A DNA stretch of 63,523 nucleotides, the filler included, from Folioceros fuciformis (taxonomy: Eukaryota), in assembly GCA_049999805.1 (NCBI GenBank). It is 17 parts of 17 records of this genome, joined end to end, with 100 filler letters (N's around TTAATTAATTAA, not from the genome) between each part and the next. Parts side by side here need not be neighbours in the genome. Positions count along the whole stretch, not along the records: positions 59,536 to 62,247 come from JBNGIO010003302.1; positions 62,348 to 63,523 come from JBNGIO010003305.1; 15 more parts are not named here. One strand, written 5' to 3'. Below the pieces are notes generated by a model. It was not told the DNA's origin. It saw nothing but the letters and a program-made list of their open reading frames with translations, and searched no databases. Made by a program: the position numbers and the translations under genes. Of the stretch, positions 59,538 through 63,523 are shown in pieces (the first letter of the stretch is position 1; each line of letters opens with the position of its first letter).

Positions 59538-61247
59538 TGCCTTCTGAAGGCGTGTGCAAGCACTGGTGCCTTGCAGAAGGGCAGGGAGCTCCACTCACAG
59601 ATTGTCAAGAGAGAACTCCTGGATGATATAGTGGTGGGAAACTGCCTGGTGGACATGTATGCAAAATGTGGCCAAATGAAAGATGGACGCCAGGTTTTTG
59701 ACAGCATGGACACGAAGAATGTGGTTACATGGAACGCTCTGATTGCTGGGTATGCACAGCAAGGGCTCGGGCAAGAGGCGCTTGTTGTGTATGGACAGAT
59801 GGAGGAGGCAGGTTGCGTTTTGGCTGATGATGTTACTTTTGCTTGCATTCTGAAGGCGTGTGGAAGCACTGGTGCCTTGCAGAAGGGCAGGGAGCTTCAC
59901 TCACAGATTGTCAAGAGAGAACTGCTGGATAATATAGTGGTGGGAAACTGCCTGGTGGACATGTATGCAAAATGTGGTGAGCTGGAAGGTGCCCGCCAGG
60001 TTTTCGACGGCATGGCCTCAAAGGATGTGGTGACTTGGAATGCCATGATCGCTGGGTATGCACAGCAAGGACTCGGCGAAGAGGCGCTTGTTGTGTATGG
60101 ACAGATGGAGGAGGCAGGCCTCGTTTTGGCTAATGATGTTACTTTTGCTTGCCTTCTGAAGGCGTGTGGAAGCACTGGTGCCCTGCAGAAGGGCAGGGAG
60201 CTGCACTCACAGATTGTCAACAGAGGTGTGCTGGATAATGTAGTGGTGGGAACCTGCCTGGTGGACATGTATGCAAAATGTGGTGAGCTGGAATATGCCC
60301 GCCAGGTTTTTGACAGCATGAACACAAAGAATGTGGTTACATGGACAGCTCTGATTGCTGGGTATGGTGCTTGTGATGAAGGTCGCAAGGCGCTAGCTTG
60401 TTTTGAGGAGATGTTAGCTGCCAGTGTTCAGCCTCACGATGCTACTTTTACTTGCCTTTTAGTAGCATGCAGTCATGGGGGTCTGGTCCAGGAGGGTCGC
60501 AAGCTCTTTGATTCCATGGCTGAACAGCATGGTGTCATACCTACTGTTGAGCATCACACCTGCATGATTGATCTTCTTGGGCGTGCTGGCCAATTAGATG
60601 AGGCAGAGAGGATGCTGTCATCATGTGATGGCGAAAGTGAGGTGGTGTGTTTGACATCTTTGTTGAATGCCTGCAAAAGTCACGGAGATCTAGAGAGGGC
60701 TGTGTGGTGTTTTGAAAGCATTGTTAGGCTGGACCCCCAGAAGGCACCTGCCTATGTTCTCATGGCCAATGCCTATGCAGATGCAGGTAGGTGGGCCGAT
60801 GTAGACAGGATTGAAACACAGAGAAAGGCAGCAGGAGCTAAGAAGAAGCCAGCAGTGGCAAGCATTGAGGTGAATAAGGCGGTACACAGATTTCTGGTGG
60901 GAGAAAGGAGAAAGGATATTGCGCTTAAGGTAGAGAGCACGAATGCGCGTGTGAAGCAGGAAGGAGGCCACGTACCTCACACAAAGTTGGTGTTGAAGCC
61001 ACTGAGTGAGAAGGAAAAGGAAGACGTGCTTTGTGGGCATGCTGAGAAGCTAGCTCTGGCGTTTGGTCTGTTGAACACTCCGAATGGGACACCTCTGATG
61101 GTAACCAAGAATCTACGCATGTGCAGTGATTGCCACAGCTCCACGGCGATCATGTCGAGGCTTGAGCAGAGAGACATTGTTGTGAGGGATGGGTACCGTG
61201 TGCATCGATTCGCAAATGGTTGTTGCAGTTGTAAGGGTCGACCATGA
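59538..61247 (+). CDS. PLS-class PPR protein with E1-E2-DYW:KP (GRP-type) domain, 5'-truncated; candidate organellar U-to-C editing factor
   Basis: Intronless ORF with near-identical 102-aa P-L-S triplets, P2-L2-S2, E1, E2, then KKKPAVASIEV (KP in place of the PG box), CGHAEKLA, MCSDCH and the terminus CSCKGRP*. Confidence 0.93.
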   Translation, partial: CLLKACASTGALQKGRELHSQIVKRELLDDIVVGNCLVDMYAKCGQMKDGRQVFDSMDTKNVVTWNALIAGYAQQGLGQEALVVYGQMEEAGCVLADDVTFACILKACGSTGALQKGRELHSQIVKRELLDNIVVGNCLVDMYAKCGELEGARQVFDGMASKDVVTWNAMIAGYAQQGLGEEALVVYGQMEEAGLVLANDVTFACLLKACGSTGALQKGRELHSQIVNRGVLDNVVVGTCLVDMYAKCGELEYARQVFDSMNTKNVVTWTALIAGYGACDEGRKALACFEEMLAASVQPHDATFTCLLVACSHGGLVQEGRKLFDSMAEQHGVIPTVEHHTCMIDLLGRAGQLDEAERMLSSCDGESEVVCLTSLLNACKSHGDLERAVWCFESIVRLDPQKAPAYVLMANAYADAGRWADVDRIETQRKAAGAKKKPAVASIEVNKAVHRFLVGERRKDIALKVESTNARVKQEGGHVPHTKLVLKPLSEKEKEDVLCGHAEKLALAFGLLNTPNGTPLMVTKNLRMCSDCHSSTAIMSRLEQRDIVVRDGYRVHRFANGCCSCKGRP

Positions 61248-62347
61248 GAAAAATGAAGAAGTGAGTGTAGCCAGTGCCAGGCGGATTCCTAGTGGTGTGC
61301 GGATTCTTCTTGGTGGCAAGTACCATTGTTCCCCTAGCAAGAAGATGAAGGAGAAGAAGAAGAATTGTATGATCGTGCACTTGAGGGCATTTCGCTCTGT
61401 GGGACTAGGTACTTCACAACTTTGTAGCAAGCCTAGCATGTTTTCTCTGCACCCCTGCACACTCTTCATGATGAGCACGTTGTACACGTGCTTTGCAGGC
61501 AACTCCTCTCCTTACCAATACTGCCGTATGTATATGATGCTGTACAGTGCAGGTGAAAGCACATTGGTAGCCAGTATACCGAGGAGTATCAAGGCACAAG
61601 AGCTTGGCAGTTCACAGGAAGCAGGTGAAAGTAGCAACCCCAATCACAATCCAGGCAGTGCGAGGCACATATCTAGACTTTTACTTACCGGCAATTCCTC
61701 GTCTAGTCACATCCAGGACCGCGTTGCCGTTTCGGCCTTCAAGATACCAACTGACCCAATTGCGTGATGAGAAACAGAGACCGTGATACCATGGCTCGTT
61801 TAAAATTTCGTGGCGATGTAGGTTGGCATGCACTTAACGTTGACAAGCCTTAAATGAAATTCTTGTTTTTCTTATGGCGGCTGACAAGCAATTAACTGTT
61901 TTGTATATCTAAACTGAAACATAAAGTTACCACCTAATATCCGTCACATGGTCGAGTAGTCTGAAGTACCAGTCCGACAGCTCGCCCATGGTCGAGTGGT
62001 CTGAAGTACCAGTCCCAGGTCGAGTGGTCTGAAGCTCGCCATGGCGGAGTGGTCTGAAGAACCAGCAGCTCGCCTACAAGTACAATCGACCCTCTCTAAG
62101 TGTAGATTTTAATATGTGTACAGTTTCGATATATGGAAGGTTTCCTCTTTTTGCGGACGCGTTTGCGGTTTGGGCAGTGCCAGTCAACTGCGCGAAGGAG
62201 GTGGCCGTTTGGGCGTCGCCAGTCCGGTGCGTGAAGGAGGTGGCGCANNNNNNNNNNNNNNNNNNNNNNNNNNNNNNNNNNNNNNNNNNNNTTAATTAAT
62301 TAANNNNNNNNNNNNNNNNNNNNNNNNNNNNNNNNNNNNNNNNNNNN

Positions 62348-63384
62348 CCAAGAATGGGTCAGTCATGCATCTAATGATAGGCTCGAGGCCTGACTTGGCC
62401 TTCAGCAGTGGACTGACCTCAAGATTCGTCTCCAACCCGAATGCAAAGCATAATGATCTCATGACGAGGCTATACCGGTATATTGCAGCCACTGTGGACT
62501 GGGGCATCCTATACAATTCAAAAACACACAAAGCTTTGCAAATGGTGGCTTACAGCGATGCAGACTGGGCCGGAGACTCTGACAGCAGGAAGAGTATCTC
62601 CAGCTACGTGACTTTGCTTGCTGGAGGCGCCATCGGCTAGAGCAACAGGAGGCAGCCCATCATTGCGCTGTCTTCAACCGAAGCTGAGTACAAGAGCCTC
62701 ACAGAGGCATGCAAGGAGGTCACCTGAACAGTGGGAGCTCTCACAGAGCTTGGAGTGCCACAAACCCTGCCGGTGACCCTATTTTGTGATAATCAAAGTG
62801 CGATAGCACTAACTATGAACCCCAGGTTCCACGCGCGGACCAAACATGTTGAAGTCCAGCACCACTACATCAGAGAAGAGGTGAATGCTGGAACAGTTAG
62901 AGTGGAATACTGCCCGACGGAGCTGATGACTGCAGATATCTTGACAAAGGGGCTTGGACGTGTGAAGCACTACCAACACGCAGCTGGGCTCGGGCTCCGC
63001 GCATCGGGCAAGGACCTGAAGTGGAGCACAGCTCCGGATCCGGCAATCGGCAAGGGCAAGGCGGTGGCAACGCGCGAGGACGAAGACGAAGATGAAGACG
63101 ACCCTTGAGTCGAGCTTCTTTAGATTAGGGTTCTAAGTTTCTTTTAGCTTTAAGTTTATAGGCTAGAATAGTTTTATATATATGTATAACTTAACTACAC
63201 TAACCCTGCACCTGAGTGGGAGTGACAGGTTATATTTTAATTGCCTTTTTATTAGTTCATGTTAGGGTTAGAGGGTTAGGTGACGGTTACAACTAATAAC
63301 CGTCACCTAGTCAAATTCACAAGATATGTCCTGTAACATTCTATTCTAATCTAATCACTTCTCTACGCTCACGTGAACATGTCA
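62348..63384 (+). mobile_element. 3' end of a copia element: RT/RNase H, PPT, 162-bp 3' LTR (63223-63384)
   Basis: SRPDLAF, YSDADWAGD, RFHARTKHVE; GAGTGGGAG followed by TGACA...TGTCA. Confidence 0.88.
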
Positions 63385-63396
63385 AAATTGGCCTTT

Positions 63397-63523
63397 AAGG
63401 GGGAGTGTGGAGTGATTTCTTGCACACCCAAGAACCACCAAGGGGCCACACTTCCCCTTATTATCGTTGCAGTCTTATGATTCGCTCCCAAGGGAGTGAA
63501 CTAATGTCAAGGTTACCTACATC
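63397..63523 (+). mobile_element. PPT and start of a family A 3' LTR
   Basis: AAGGGGGAG (63397-63405) is directly followed by TGTGGAGTGATT...CCCAAGAACC...CGCTCCCAAGGGAGTGAACTA. Confidence 0.8.

Noticed and set aside
61189-61767. 192-aa ORF overlapping the DYW 3' end, with a counterpart at 54925-55278
   Set aside because: The paralogue has indels and an early stop; the similarity reflects recent duplication of the 3' flank, not coding constraint.
9490-62347. Regularly recurring TTAATTAATTAA flanked by N runs
   Set aside because: Identical 100-bp scaffolding spacer, not biological. It also invalidates any gene-cluster reading across contigs, such as ZNFX1 next to PPR genes.
19802-62640. Idea that premature stops in the retroelements are repaired by U-to-C editing from the GRP-type PPR proteins
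   Set aside because: Such editing is known only in organelles. Several stops are TGG>TAG, which U-to-C cannot restore to Trp, and frameshifts also occur. Methylation-driven decay explains them.

Overview
Eukaryotic (land-plant) nuclear DNA, most likely a hornwort. The basis is a PLS-class PPR gene whose deaminase domain is of the DYW:KP type and ends in -GRP. The window is not contiguous: 17 short contigs are joined by 16 identical artificial 100-bp spacers (44 N + TTAATTAATTAA + 44 N), so adjacency only means something within a contig. Most of the sequence is transposon debris: many Ty1/copia fragments (one near full length at 19341-25977), a pogo/Tigger DNA transposon with TIRs and TA target site, a MULE-SWIM transposase relic, CRE-like non-LTR fragments, solo LTRs and a family of very long GC-rich LTR-like units. 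Host gene pieces are GRDP/DUF1399, a ZNFX1/Hrr1-like helicase, two GRP-type PPR-DYW paralogue ends and an OSB/PDF-motif N-terminus. Most interesting: (1) two distinct copia families carry a similar ~170-codon coiled-coil ORF upstream of gag, which the ORF track misses because each has one TAG; (2) one of them also has an antisense transmembrane plus coiled-coil ORF between pol and the PPT; (3) a candidate U-to-C RNA editing factor that may be tandemly arrayed and may begin with a PDF motif.
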